From: Torpedo marmorata
Taxonomy: Eukaryota
Direction: 5' to 3'
DNA length: 64,000 bases
NCBI GenBank assembly: GCA_977017645.1
Contig: OZ360231.1
Location: 54,064,001 to 54,128,000, forward strand
Shown here: positions 24,901-39,900 of the stretch, piece after piece
How the letters are laid out: each line of letters opens with the position of its first letter
Position numbering within the stretch: position 1 is the stretch's first letter
Made by a program: the position numbers and the translations under genes
Notes under the pieces: generated by a model
Databases searched by the model: none
What the model was told of the DNA's origin: nothing
The model's input: the letters and a program-made list of their open reading frames with translations, nothing else

Positions 24901-27900
24901 AAAAGGAACATATGTAATGTCATGTATGTACTCTGACAATAAATCTGAAATCTAAGGCCAGGCAGTGGGGGTGAGTGGGAAAATGGGTCAGACTCGATGG
25001 GCTAAATAGCCTGTTCCTGCTCCTATGTCTTATGGTTTTATGCATCTAATTGCTTATGTCCTTCACCACATTTTTGTTTGCAGAAACCTGTGTATACCAG
25101 CTGGCCTATACTCTGCAATGAGGCAACACCACAATTAAACATTTTAATGCATTTTTGAAAATGCATTAGTTTTTAAATCAACACAATGAAAAAAATATTA
25201 CTTTTTCATCACTCTCAAACTATTTGGCTCATGTTGAAAACACATGAAAAAATGAGCACTTGACTATCCTTTACTTTCAATAAAAAAATGAAAATATCTT
25301 CCTTATTTTCCTCCTCCTAAATTAAAAAAAAACTTCATTACTATAACGGTACATGATAAAAAAATCTTTTTTATCATTTGCTGGTATATTAATTTTACTC
25401 ATTATCACTAGTTTAAAGTTTATTTATTAGTTTCGAGTAGCACTTACTGCAAGGGAGGAAAGCTTTTGTTCATAGACATCCATCACATCTGAAAGCCTAA
25501 CATCCTTGACTTGTTCCTTCAGCTGTGGAAAGATACAATTGTGTTCCTAAATGTAATGCTAAGCAGCTTTATAAGAACAATGTAGAAAACGAAGGGGAAA
25601 AATTATAGGTATTCAGAATTTACATGACAGCAATTATTAAACATCTGTTGGAAGTTTGGTCACAAGTAGACAAAGAGATAGGTCAAAAGGGATCAATTTC
25701 TTTAAATACACCAATATATCAAAATCCGCTTTTACCATTTTCTATTGATAATCAGTTACTTAAGTTATGGTTTCTAAAGGGAATTAAGACTTTAAAAGAT
25801 TGTTTTGAAGCTGGTAGATTTATTACTTTTCAGAGGTTAAAAGAAAAATTTAATATATTAGATAATACAATGTTAGTTTATTTTCAAGTTAAAGCTTTTT
25901 TGACCGAGAGATTAGGGAATGAATTAATAGCACCAAGACAAAATGAATTGGAATTGTTAATTACTAAAGTTAATGTTAATAAGTTTATATCACAAATGTA
26001 TAAATTGTTTCAAAGAAAGATGTCTAAAGTAGGAGCGCATAAGTCTAGATTAAAATGGGAATTAGATTTAAATGTTAATATAGATGAAAATCATTGGAGA
26101 GATTTATGTAAATTAAGTATGACTAAAGTTATTAATGTGAGATATAGATTAGTACAATATAATTTTTTTCATCAACTATATTTAACACCTAAAAAACTGA
26201 AGAAATTCAATCCAGCGTTATCAGATATGTGTTTTAGATGTAAAACTGAAATAGGTTATTTTGTACACTGTACATGGTCATGTCCAAAAATTCAAGATTT
26301 TTGGTTGAAAGTTAAGAATTTTTTAGAAAGAATTTTTAATGTTGAAGTTATAATGGATCCTATGTTATTTTTATTTGGAGATATTAAAAAATTTAGTATC
26401 AGAAATAGATTAAATATGTATCAAGTAGAATTTTTACGTATAGTATTAGCAGTTTCGAAAAAGTGTATAGCTATTACTTGGAAATCGGATGTTGATTTAA
26501 ATCTAGAGTGATGGCATGCAGAGTTACGGTCATGTATACCATTAGAAAAAATTACTTATAATTTACGAAATAAATATCATTCCTTTTTGAAAGTTTGGGG
26601 CCCATATATGAGGACTATGGGTTTAACATTGTAAATTCTCTGGATATCAGATCCGCCGGCGAAATAACCTCTAAGGTATATTAGTTTTTAAGTTTATTGA
26701 CTCCTCACTCTATTTTTCTATCTTTTCTTTTTCTTCTTTTTATTATTTTACTTTAAAATTTAGAATAGGGGATATAGGGGCTAGGGAGGGGAGGGTGGGA
26801 AGGGGGGGAGAAAATGTAATCACATGTATTTTTTAAGAATTATATGCAAAATTATTTTATGTAATCTGTGATTTAAAAATTTAAATAAAATATTTTTAAA
26901 AAAAAGAAAAAAAAAAAAAAAGAATTTACATGACAGGGCAACATTTGGCCAAAAAGATTACAAAGAAACAGTGGCAGGACATTTAGAAAATCATAATACA
27001 ATCAATATAGTCTTATGAAAGGGAAATAAAATTTAGCAAATTTATTCAAGTTTTTTGAAGATGTAACAAGCAGAATGGATGTAGGAAAAATCAATGGATG
27101 TACAGTTGAGTTTCTAAAAATGCACATGATGTAAATGTAAAAAAAAAGATGTAAAATGTAAAACATTGCAATAAAAGCCAGTCTTGTTCAGTAAAAGGCT
27201 AGTGTATGAAAGCAGCAAAGTCTTGTTACAACATTGTTCACAACATTGGTGAGAATGTATCTGGAATTTCTGTCTTATTTAAAGAGGGTTATAATTGCTT
27301 TGGTGGAAGTTCACTCTGAAAGAATTGTGTTACATGGTTGAGCATGGTTAGACCTATATTAATTGTTCTTTAGAATATGAAGAGGTGATCATATTAAAGA
27401 ATTCAAGATCCTGAAGGAACTTGACATCATAGATGCTGAGAGGGTGGTTCTTTTTGTAGAGAAATCTAAAATAAGGGAGCATAGTTTCAGAATAAGGGGT
27501 CATCTTGATGGATGAAATTACACCCACCTGCTTTCATTTGCATTTATTCAGCCAAAGCATTTCTTACAAATACTTATCTTTCTTCTATCTCACCATTACC
27601 TCAACAGTTAACTAATGAATAACCACTGTTTCACTCTCTTTTCTCATAGCGCCACAGAATTATCATTATTTTCAACAAAGGTTTTGCATGAATTTCAGCA
27701 ATTCCCTTCTTTATCTCAACACCCTTTCTATCTTGTTTTTCCTAACATTTATGAAACTTGTAAAACAGTCAGATGCTTGGAAAATGTCCAGCAGTTGACA
27801 AATCAAACTTTTGTATAATTATTGTAGTCAGATGCCAATATGTTTGGTCTCCACAACTAACTTCGTTCCGTAGCTACCTACTCCACCTCACTCCCCAATA

Positions 27901-30900
27901 ACTACCAGAGGATGAAACTAAGTCACAACCTTGGAATCATATTTAACCCAGAAATGAGCATGTGATTGAATTTCCATACTATGACCATCCACATAACATC
28001 ATTCAACTCTGCTCTGTCTCTACTCATCCGATTATAAAATCTTCAATCACACCTTGATCATGTATAGAAATCTCTGTCCCTGTGCTATTTTGCACAGCAA
28101 TGCTGCACACCAATCACTCTACTTAGTAATCTACCTTTTCTCCTGGGGTAAAGGCACACCTCAATTTTAACATTTCTTATCTTTGTTTTCAAATACCCCA
28201 CAGCCATTCCTTCCCTTTTCTATATCACTTCCTGCAAGTGTAAACCCTCAGATTGCTGTACTTTCCCAATAACAGGCTTTTGGGCAGCTATGACTTTTAT
28301 TGTTCCATCAGTGGTAACTGTACCTTCAACTGCCAAACAGCTATCTTTGTAATTTACGGACAAGGTCGGCATAGACGTGATGGGCCAAAGGGCCCATTTC
28401 CGTGCTGTACAATCCATGCTTATAATTTCCTCCTTAATTCACTCCTCTTCCCCACCTCTCCTTTGCAACATTTCTTTGACCAAACTTTTGGTCACCTGAC
28501 ATTAAATTGCCTTATGTGACTCAGGGACAAATTTTCTTTAATAATGTTCTCAAAGTATTTTGATGCATTTTTTTTTTTTAAAAAAGGTCATAGTTTTAAA
28601 AATGTTAGTTTTAGATTATTCAATTTGTTATCATTTAAAAAGATTAATCAATAGTTGGTATTTGCTCAGAACTCACTAAACTTGCCAATATCATTCAAAA
28701 ATAAGTACAACATCATGCAAACCAAGTCCAACATGCAATACAAACCTCCGTTCCTAACTGCAACTTATCAATCAATTCATGAATATTTGATCTGGTAGCA
28801 TCGACTGTACTTGAACCTTTTGGTGCCCTAAAGTTTGTTGAATGCTGCTGGACAGGAATCTTTTTAAATATGTGATCAGCATTCTGTTGTTTACATGCAT
28901 TATTAGCAGCAATGCTTTCTCCAAGCCTAAAAAAAACAAAGCAGCATGAATTTAAAACCTATTTCATTCAGCTTTTTAATTGAGGGCATACATTGAAAAT
29001 GAGAATGAGAATATTTTAAAGAACTGACACAACATAATATCTGTTGTGGATCTGTGACATGAAACCCAAAATTTACCATGTTAAGATGTACAAAAATATT
29101 ATTGCAATATATTAAAAGCAAAGTACTGCAGAAAATCAATTGTGTCCTACTTCAATAAAAATTCAATTCATCAGTATGACGTGCTCACCTCTTCACCCCA
29201 AATCATTCTTTTCAATTAACTAAACCTCTAAGTATAAATCAAGAACTTCCTCCTTGTATCTTGACCCCAAACCCAATAGGCATATAATTAAATTCTGATA
29301 ATCTGCTATCCAATAGAACGAAAATCCTGATGGTTCAGCATCTAGGTCACCAGGTGATTTTTGCCAAGCTCCCTTCCCACTTATTGGGGACCCAGTTCCT
29401 GAACTACCTTCCCACATACCAGTGCCACAATTCTTGCACTCCTAAAAACTCAAATGGACAGTAGCACTGAAAGCTGCAGAAATCGGCAGACACCGCCAAG
29501 TCCATCATGGTCAATGACCATCCACGCATCAAAGACATTTACATGAGGCACTGCCTCAAGGAGGCAACTAACATCATAAAGGACACATCTCACCATGCTC
29601 TCTTGTTGCTGCTACCTTCAGGCAGAAGCTACAGAACTGGGTTCAGCACCCCTTGGTTCAAGAACATTCTTTGCCCTCATCTATCACTCTTGAACCTCCC
29701 TGCAGCAGCCGAACCATAACACTATACTCATAGACGACAAAAGATCTGTCAGCACAAACACACCTTTTTGCACTATCAACCAAATGTGAATATTTATTAT
29801 TTATATTATTTTCTCTTCCTTTTATATTTATTTTTTCTTTGTGGCGTCTTATGTGTAATTCATACTTAAATCGTTGATAGTGTGTTTCATGTAACTGCAA
29901 AGCTACAAAACATGCAAGATTTTTGTTGCATCTGTGACAATGCTCATTTAATTGTTCACTCACTGGGACCCAGTTCCTGTACTTTTAAACTTAGCTGCTT
30001 GAGTGGAAATTTATATTCTATAACATTTGAAAAAAGTCAATCAAAAGTGTGTTGGTGCATTGATAGAAATAACATCCAAGAGTCCAGAAAACCTGCTAGC
30101 CTGGAACCAAAGTACTGAGCCTACCAGGTTACCAGTGTTTTACTGCATTTTGAAATGATGATTCTTGGGAATTGTGCTGCAATTCAGGAGCAGTACAGGA
30201 TCCATTACAGGACAAAACATGCACTGTTTTTAATATACTGTACGTTTTCAAAGAGGAGTCAAAAATTAGTTGTGTACTTCAATGTAGAAATGACGCAATT
30301 TAAGCTTCCAATTATACCCTTGATAGTTACAAAATACCAGAATCAAGTTAGAGATTCTCAAAATACAAATCTATTTATCAGTGCTGGAAATATCATAAAA
30401 ATGTTTGACTTGCATGCATATCATTCCTCTGTTCACCACCTTAAGTGAGGCAATACCTCACACAATAACCCCAACTACTAAAGTAATAAATGTATTAGTC
30501 CACAGCAGTTGCAATATTTATGTTCTGTAGTTGTTTATAAAATTGTTGCATCAATCTGGAATCATTCTAAGCAACCAACAGCAAAGGTAAATCAGGCTTC
30601 TCAGCACTTACATTATAACAGGAAAATCAGGCAAAGGTGCTGCCTCAAACAGAATCTTTAGTGCAAATTGTACGTACTCTCGGTGCTCAGATGTTAATGC
30701 AAATGACAAAGCTGAAGTAAGCCGCTGGTCCTGGGGAGATACATTAAAGAGAAACCATAAAAAGCAATAATACTTTTCACCCTACTTAGATGAACAATTT
30801 GTAATATTTTTTTCTAATATTCAAAGAACATGCAGAGGAAATTTCAGGAATTCAAGATAATAATAATCAAACATAAAATTTAAAAGTACTTCCTTACTAA

Positions 30901-33900
30901 AATGATTACCATTTGTAATAGCTAAAATATGAGCTGCGGAAAATGAAAACAGAATACATATTGACATCAGAACATGGATTTTAATTTTTATAATGAAGAA
31001 ACTAACTTCAGGAAAAAAAACATTAGATAAGTTGTTTGAGAGACCTCTGACTTCTGCGTTAACCTTGCTATTATGAGATGCTAAACTGAAATAATTTATA
31101 CAGTAAATATCACAATTCTTTACTAAAAGTGAGCAATATTCCAAATGAAATGTATTCTCTGAAAATGTATGAATACAAAGACAAACTTCATCCCTGAATG
31201 ATTCTCTCTGCCATATAAAAAAATGAAGTGCCAAGTTTTGCCTTTCAGCAGCAGTGGTTGGGACTTTGACTGTTTTATTTTCTGATCTAACTGCTTACAC
31301 AATGATACGCAAGCAGAAACTTTGAGACATACTAACTGCTTCTAAGAGGCATGCAGTTGGACCCATTGAGTGGATTTTTAAAAATTAGGTGTGTTAGATG
31401 ACACTCTATCCATTGTTCAGTCAGTGACAGGATCTCAAAAGATGTTGAAACATCTATTATCAGTTGATCTGAAAAAGCTTCAGTCTCAAAAGGAAAACTA
31501 AAGATTTCTTCACCATGCAAGCAGAGAGAATGAGATATTAAGCACCCTTTGCTGTAATCTTCTTGGTATCCAAAGATATGTGAAAGTATCTAAGGAGGCA
31601 ACTGTGGGAGGATCAAGATATTTTAGAGATCAAAACAGCAGAGTCTCATTCCTTCAGATTTTAATTTTTGTAAACTTTGTCGCATTCATCTCCAACTTAA
31701 TCCATTTGTTTTTCTTTCCTTCTTTACATTTCTCTGCACATACTTTGAATCAAATATTTTAACTTGCACATCCTCATTTAGAAATACCTAATTTGACAGA
31801 TCGTTGTTTTCCCCACTTAACAGAACATCCAAGGAATGGAACAGTACAGCTCAAGAATATCCAAGGAATAGAATATGGAACAGTACAGCACAAGGACAGG
31901 TTCTTCAGCCCATGTCTCTGTGGCCAAACATGATGTCCAAATCAAACTAAAAATCTTCTGCTTACACCTGATAGATATCCCTCCATCCCCTTCATATTCA
32001 TGTGTTTATCTAGAACTCTCTTACTCCTGGCAGCCTGTTCCTGGCACCTACCGCTGTGTAAAATATTTGCCCACACATCTCCCTTAAACATTCCCCTCAC
32101 CTTAAACGCATGTCTCTAATGTGTGATGCTTTTGTCCTGGGAGAAAGATTCTACCTGTCATTCCTATCAATGCATCTCATGATTTTATACACCTCTATCA
32201 GTTCACCCCTCAGCCTCCTACACCAGAGAAAAATACCCAAGTTTGTCCAATCTCTCCCATATCTCATAACTTCTAAACCAGGCAACCCTTTCCAAAGTCT
32301 ACACATCCTTCCTATATTCCAAGAACAGTTTAACCAAAGTTTCATATACCTGCAACGTAACCTTATTTTTTATACTCAATGTCCTGCCCAATGAAATCAA
32401 GCATATGGCATGCCTTCTTTACCACCCTTTCAACTTGTGTGGCCACTTTCAATGAGCTTTGGACCTGGAACCATAGATCTCTCAGTACTTCTAAGAGTAC
32501 TACCATTAACTGAATACAGTAGAAGTCCAAAATCCGGATGCCAGAAATCCGGACCACCAGAGAATCCGGACTTTTTGAAAACTGGCAAACTTTTAAATTT
32601 AGTGGGCTTTTGTGTGCGTACTTACATGTATAAGCACCACAGATGCACAGCGGCATTTTTATTTTTCTTTAAAACTGCTTGTTTTGATAAATGAATCATG
32701 CTGTATTTGTTAACGAATAAACTATCAAAATCGACCTGTTCACCTCTTCTTTATTTCTCCTTAAATTTAAATTTTAAAGTACTGCCCGAGAATCTGGAAA
32801 ATCCAAACCGGCCCAATCCCCGAGCAGTTTGGATTTTCAGAATTCTACTGCACCTTCCCCTTACATTTGGTCTCCCAAAGTGAAACACCTCATGCTATAT
32901 TGGATTCCTGATTACTCTTAGTTGTCATAATAAAAGCAGAATTCATTCCACAAACATCAAAAAAACCTGGGCCAATATTCCAATCCACAGGAGTATAAGA
33001 GTGGCAGAGAGGATCACGGGTGTCTCCCCCCCACCCCCCCCCCAATCGACGTGATCTACCGGTATCGTTGAGGACCGCTTCCACCCTGCACACAGCATCT
33101 TTCAGCTGCGACCGTTGGGGAAGAGAAACAGGAGTATCAGAGCCAGCACCACCAGGCTGAGGAACAGCTACTTCCCACGGGCAGTAAGAATGCTGAACAA
33201 CCAAAGGAACTGCTCACACTAACCATCTGAGACTCTCATATGTACAAAACAATATTTATTTATTTGTATAGATGAAATACCTGTCCTGCATATGTATTGC
33301 TTGTCTGGTTGTGTGTCTGCATGCTTTGCACTGAGGACCGGAGAACGCTGTTTCGTCGGGTTGTACTTGTACAATCAGATGACAATAAACTTGACTTGAC
33401 TTTTTTTTAACCTGTCATTAGTTAACAAATCACAACTGTAGCAACTACTTTCCATTATAGTCGCTTGGAGGATAAAAGAATCTTGTTGTTGTCTATGACT
33501 CGTTCAAACAAATTCGTACTAAAATTAAGTTGAGTTTTCCAAAGTTTATTAAACGATATTAAACATTATTAATGTTATTATAAGTTGCTAAACGTTGTTA
33601 CAAGCCATTAAAACGTTGTTAGACAGCCATGAGACAGCACATCCTGATGCCTTCCCGATCATTGTGGGAGACTTCAATCAGGCCAACCTGAAGAAGTCAC
33701 TGACAAACTACCACCAACACATCACTTGCGAGACCAGGGGAACCAACACACTCGACCACTGCTACACCACCGTGAAGAACGCATACCGAGCCATACCACG
33801 ACCGCACTTCGGCAAGTCTGATCACCTGGCTGTACTTCTACTCCCGGCGTACAAGCAGAGACTAAAGTCCACAGCAACAGTGGAGAGGACAGCGAAAGTG

Positions 33901-36900
33901 TGGTCAAGGGAGGCGGAGGAGCGTCTGCAGGACTGCTTTGACTCGGTGGACTGGAACATATTCAAGCACTCAGCCATAGACATAAATGAATATGCAACAG
34001 GTGTCACCGACTTCATCAAGACCTGCGTGGATGAGTGTGTGCCCACGCGCAAATACCGGGTGTTCCCCAACCAGAAGCCCTGGATGAATCAAAGAATTCG
34101 CAACTTGCTGAGGACGAGAACAAGGGCGTTTAAAGACGGGGACCGGGATCTTTACAAAAAGTCCAGGCACGACCTGCGGAAGGCCATCTCTGAAGGAAAG
34201 TGGCAATTCCGAAGGAAGCTAGAGACAGAGACAGATACACGCCAGCTATGGCAGGGAGTGCAGGCCATTACAGCCTACAAAACGAGGGTGAACACTATAG
34301 ACGGCTGTGATGCTTCACTACCCGATGAGCTGAACACCTTCTATGCCCGCTTTGAGAAGAAGAACAAAACGGTGCCAAATAGAATCCCTGAGAGGGCAGA
34401 GGACCCTGTGATATCTGTCTCTGAGGGCGACGTCAGAACATCATTCAAGAGGGTGAACCCTCGCAAGGCGTCAGGCCCTGACGGCGTACCTGGCAGGGTA
34501 TTGAAAATCTGCGCCAACCAACTAGCCGGAGTGTTCACGGACATTTTCAACCTCTCATTGCGGCAGTCAGAGGTTCCCACCTGCTTCAAAAGGGCATCAA
34601 TCATCCCGGTGCCCAAGAAGAGTAGTGTGAGCTGCCTCAACGACTATCGCCCAGTAGCACTAACTTCTACGGTGATGAAATGTTTTGAGAGGCTGGTCAT
34701 GGCGAGAATTAACACATACCTAAGCAAAGATCTGGACCCACTGCAATTCGCCTATCGTCACAATCGCTCCACAGCAGATGCAATATCGCTGGCTCTCCAC
34801 TCAGCTCTGGATCACCTCGAAAACAGCAATTCATACATACGGCTGCTCTTCATAGACTACAGCTCGGCCTTCAATACCATTATTCCCTCAGTGCTGGTCA
34901 AGAAGCTACAAACTCTAGGCCTCTGTACCCCACTCTGCAACTGGATCCTTGACTTTCTCATCGGAAGACCACAGTCAGTACGAATTGGAAACAACGTCTC
35001 CTCCTCACTGATTATCAACACAGGCGCACCCCAAGGATGCGTGCTTAGTCCACTGCTCTACTCGCTATACACTCATGACTGTGTGGCCAGGCACAATTCC
35101 AATGCCATATACAAGTTTGCCGATGACACCACAGTTGTCGGCAGAATCACAAACGGCAATGAGGAAGCGTACAGGAGGGAGATAGATCAGCTCATTGAAT
35201 GGTGTAATGACAACAACCTCGAGCTCAACGTCAGTAAAACCAAGGAGATGATTGTGGACTTCAGGAGGAAGTCAGGGGAACACAACCCAGTCCTCATCGA
35301 GGGCTCAGTCGTGGAGAGGGTCAAGAACTTCAAATTCCTGGGTGTCAACATCTCCGAGGATCTGTCCTGGAGCATCCACGTGGATGCAATCACAAAGAAG
35401 GCTCGCCAGCGGCTATACTTTGTGAGGCGATTGCGGAGATTCGGTATGTCGCCAAAGACTCTCGTGAACTTCTACAGGTGTACCGTGGAGAGCATTCTAG
35501 CTGGTTGCATCACTGCCTGGTATGGTGGTGCCAACTCCCAGGACAAGTGCAAACTCCAGAAGGTTGTTACCTCGGCTTGTGACATCACGGGCACCAAACT
35601 TCACTCCATCGAGGACATCTACATGAGGCGATGTCTTAATAAAGCAGCCTCTATCCTCAAGGACCCCCACCACCCAGGCCATGCCCTCTTCACGCTGCTT
35701 CCATCGGGGAAAAGGTACAGGAGCCTAAAGACGAGCACTCAACGGCACAAGGTCAGCTTCTTCCCTGCTGCCATCAGATTCCTGAACAATCAATGAACCA
35801 AAGACACTAGTGCACTATTGTTTATAATTTTTATATAGTAATGTCGTTAGAATGGTTAATATGAATGTTAATTGCACTATGATGCTGCCGCAAAGCACCG
35901 AATTTCATGACTTGTTCATGACAATAAATTCTGATTCTGATTCTGATTCTGAAAATAGAATAATGTCGGAACATTCTCTGTGTCCTCCATTTCGCAGAAC
36001 AAAAGAAAACTAAACTAAAAAAACCTTATCCCCCAAACAAGCCGAGAAACCAGCTATGACCCTGGCTCAAAGATGTTGCTAGGAGACAGCATAAAAATAT
36101 GTTAAACAAAACCACAAAGCCACAAACAGACTGCTTGCGAGCATGAAATACATTTTAACCCTTACAATACCGGCCCCTAATTATGTTTAAAAAATAATAA
36201 TTACCATCATAAACAAAAAATCGGTTAAATTTCAAAAGAAAATAAAAGTCAATTATCAAAGCTTCCTGCCTCTTGTAAAAGACAGATTTTGGTAATTGGT
36301 CTGTTCAGAAAGCCAGTTTTAGTCTTGATCCGAACTTGATGTACAAGTCCCCTTTTGTCGTGAATGGTATCAACAATCTTCCCCATCAACCAGAAATTTC
36401 GAGGCACTGAATTGTCCACGATGATCACAACATCCCCGAGCGTGAAATTGCGCCTGATCTTAGACCATTTTTGTCGCTCCTGCAACAGTAGAAGATATTC
36501 TTTCACTCATCTTATCCAGAACAAATCCGACATAAATTGTACCTGCTTCCACCTGAGGCGAACATATATGTCTTCCTTCTGAAACTGCCCCGGTGGCAAC
36601 GAAGGCTTAGTCTTAAGAAGCAAAAGGTGATTTGGGGTAAGTGCCTCTAGATCATTTGGATCTGTAGAAGTCTTAGTGATTGGACGACTGTTGAGGATAG
36701 CTTCAACTTCACATAAAACCGTGCGAAGACCCTCCTCGTTAAGATTCTGTCCATCTCGGATGGATTTGAGAATATTTCGCACTGATCTAATCAATCTTTC
36801 CCATACATCTCCATGGTGTGAGTCAGCAGGGGGATGGAAGATCCAATTGATTTCTTTCTGGACTAGTTCATCATGAATCTGTCCTTGATTCCAGTCCATA

Positions 36901-39900
36901 AGCGCTTTCTTTAATTCGTGTTGAGCCCCCACAAAGTTAGTACCATAGTCAAATCGTAGTTCTTTTACCTGACCACGCCTGGCAATAAAACGCCAAAGGG
37001 CATTAATGAAGGAGTCTGTGTCAAGTAATGATGCCACCTCGATGTGAATTGCTCTTATGGCTTAACATGTGAAAATAACACCATAGCATTTCACGTCACT
37101 CCTTCCACGCTTTACTCCAAAGGGTTCAAAATAATAAACTCCAATATATGTGGATGGAGGTTCATCAGGAGAGACTCTGTCCAGGGGCAAATCTGCCATC
37201 TGCTGTTGTCCAAGAGGAGTATTTACACGCCGACAAACAACACATTTCGACATAATTTTTCTGATTGACCCAGTGGCACCAGGAATCCAATATTTTTGCC
37301 GGAGATTGGATAATATATGGTTGCGACCACTATGGCCCACCTCTTCATGAATATGCCGAAGAATCAAATCGTGAAGATCCTTGGCCAGTATGACATGATG
37401 TTTCATCTCCTCTGGCATTGCTGCTCTGCTAAGTCGCCCCCCAACTTTTAATACACCATTCTCCAGAATGGGGTTGAGTTTACGAATGTGGCTTGTCCTT
37501 TTAATATTCATTCCCTTTCTCAGACTTGAAATTTCATCTGAAAATCTCTTCCTCTGGCAAAAGCAGATTATCTCCTTCTCAGCATTAACCAATTCTTCAA
37601 CTGTGAGACCTCTATTTTCTTGAGTCTCAAGATTTCCTGTGCCCTTTTGTGGTAGCTCTCTTTGTTGGATGTTATCGAGATGAGGCTGAGCAAGAACACC
37701 GCTTGTTTGTTTTCTCTTTCTGCTACGACACAGAAGCAGTCTTTTAAGTCTGAGCATCCATGCGGTTACCTTTTTTAAACGATTCCAGGATGAGAAGTAA
37801 TGGATTAAGCGGGTAACTGGGTCCACTTGTTCAGACATTATCTGAACAGCATATGCAGCCTTACTCCTGATTTCAGGGTCCTCTGGTAAGATTTCTTCTA
37901 ATTTATCAGGATTTTGAGGCCACTCTTCCTGAGAAATCGAGGCCTGGACACCCACATTTCTTTCTTCAGAAAAGACTTGACTTTCAAACCTCGGGAAGAC
38001 AGATCGGCAGGATTGTTAACTGCATTAACATATCTCCACTGTATTGGAATTGAGACTTTATCAATTTCAGTGATTCTGTTAGACACGAAAGTTCTAAACC
38101 TTGTGGTTTTATTGTTGATGTATTTGAGCACAGAGGTGCTATCAGTCCAAAATATGGAGTCTGTTAGTTCCATCTGCAACTCTCTTTCCAACATTGTGTC
38201 CATTCTGCTCGCTATGGTAGCAGCCGTCAACTCCATTCGAGGGATAGTGGCTGTTTTTAATGGAGCCACTCGGGCCTTTCCCATTGCAAATCCACAATGT
38301 AACTGATCCTGGTTATCATGCAGTTACAGGTAACTAACAGTTCCGTAACCGTCTTCACATGCATCAGTAAAATGATGCAATTGAGCAGATGTCACAGTTC
38401 CAAAATTTGTGGGTTTAAAGCATCTGTCAATCTTGAAGTTTTCCAGCTTACGAAGATCCTGAATCCAACACGTCCATTCCTGTACAATGGAGTCTGGTAT
38501 CACATTATCCCAACCAATCCTTTTCCTACACAAATCTTGCAGGATCTTCTTGGCAGTCAGGACTACTGGTGCCAATATTCCTAGAGGATCATATATCGAA
38601 CTGACTATTGACAGAATCCCCCTTCTTGTGAGAGGTCGGTCCTTCAAAATGATTTTGAACTTAAAAACGTCACACCATTGTACACCTAACACAGGAACGT
38701 TGTCATGGTCTAATTCCAGATTCTTCACTTCTTTTGCCCTCTCTGTTTCAGGTATGGCAGCCAACACATGACGACTGTTACTTATCCATTTGGTAAGTAG
38801 AAAGCCTCCCTTGAAACAGATCGCTCGCAACTCATGATAAAGAGCCATTGCATCTTCTTTTTTAGCTGCAGAAGAGAGACAATCATCCACATAGAAGTTA
38901 TTCCTGATGATGCTTATAGCTTGAGAGCTAAACTGTTCCCTATTGTCCTCAGCACACTTCCTAAGGGCAAAATTCGCATAACTTGGTGATGACGTCGCTC
39001 CAAATAGATGCCCTGTCATTCTGTATTCCACCATGTTCTGACTGGAGTCTCATCAGGCCACCAAAGGAATCGTAACAAGTCACGGTCTTCTTTCGGTACT
39101 TTCACCTGGTGGAACACTGCTTCAATGTCTGCAGTGGTGACAACAGGTTCTTTACGGAATCTAGTTAAGACTCCTATCAACGTACTGGTCAAAAATGGAC
39201 CCTGTAAGAGCTGAGAATTTAGTGAAACTCCCCGCAAGTTTGCTCCACAAATACCACTCGAAGTTTGTTCTAGGGCAGCACGGTTGGCGTAGCGGTTCGC
39301 GCAACGCCTTTACAGTGCCAGTGATCGAGACCGGACCTGAGTTCGAATCCCGCGCTGTCTGTAAGGAGTTTGTACGTTCTCCCCGTGTCTGCGTGGGTTT
39401 TCTCCGGGGGCTCCGGTTTCCTCCCACTCTTCAAAAACGTACCGGGGTATAGGTTAATGGGGTGTAAATTGGGCGGCACGGACTCATAGGGCCGAATTGG
39501 CCTGTTACAGTGCTGTATGTCTAAATTTGAATTTATGTCTAAATATAAAATTTAAATTTTGTAGATGCAAAACCCCATGGTGTGGTAAGTACCTTTTTTT
39601 TGCCATCACTACGTTCCAAGATATCCTCTGGTACTTTCTCTGCATAACCTTTAATGATCATGTCAGATACGCAGTTTGTGTTATCTGAATGAAAGGAAGG
39701 ATCTTTCTTAAATCTTCTCTTTAAATTCAGTGTACGTTGTTCGACAATGCTTCTATTATTAGGCATGCAAAATTCCCTTTTCTTTAAAGGTAATCCAATG
39801 CAATAATGCTCATTAACTAGCTTGGCAAATTTTGACACCAAATCCAAGAACTGCTGGTCTTCCCTTGAAGGTTCTTGGTCGTCCCTGAGGCACTCAGGAA

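Larger units (their letters stand above)
22005..25040 (+). mobile_element. CR1 LINE interrupted by a solo LTR and a Rex1 fragment
   Basis: [36 protein letters not shown]; the 3' UTR resumes after each insertion. Confidence 0.9.

Noticed and set aside
30821-31234. 137-aa minus-strand ORF
   Set aside because: AT-rich intronic sequence without motifs; the flanking exons already join in phase.
33595-35796. Domesticated host RT gene
   Set aside because: 5'-truncated, no ATG at the start, ends in a Rex1 tail and sits in an LTR; better explained as a young insertion.
39273-39352. tRNA gene
   Set aside because: A and B boxes run into a V-SINE body, so this is a SINE head.
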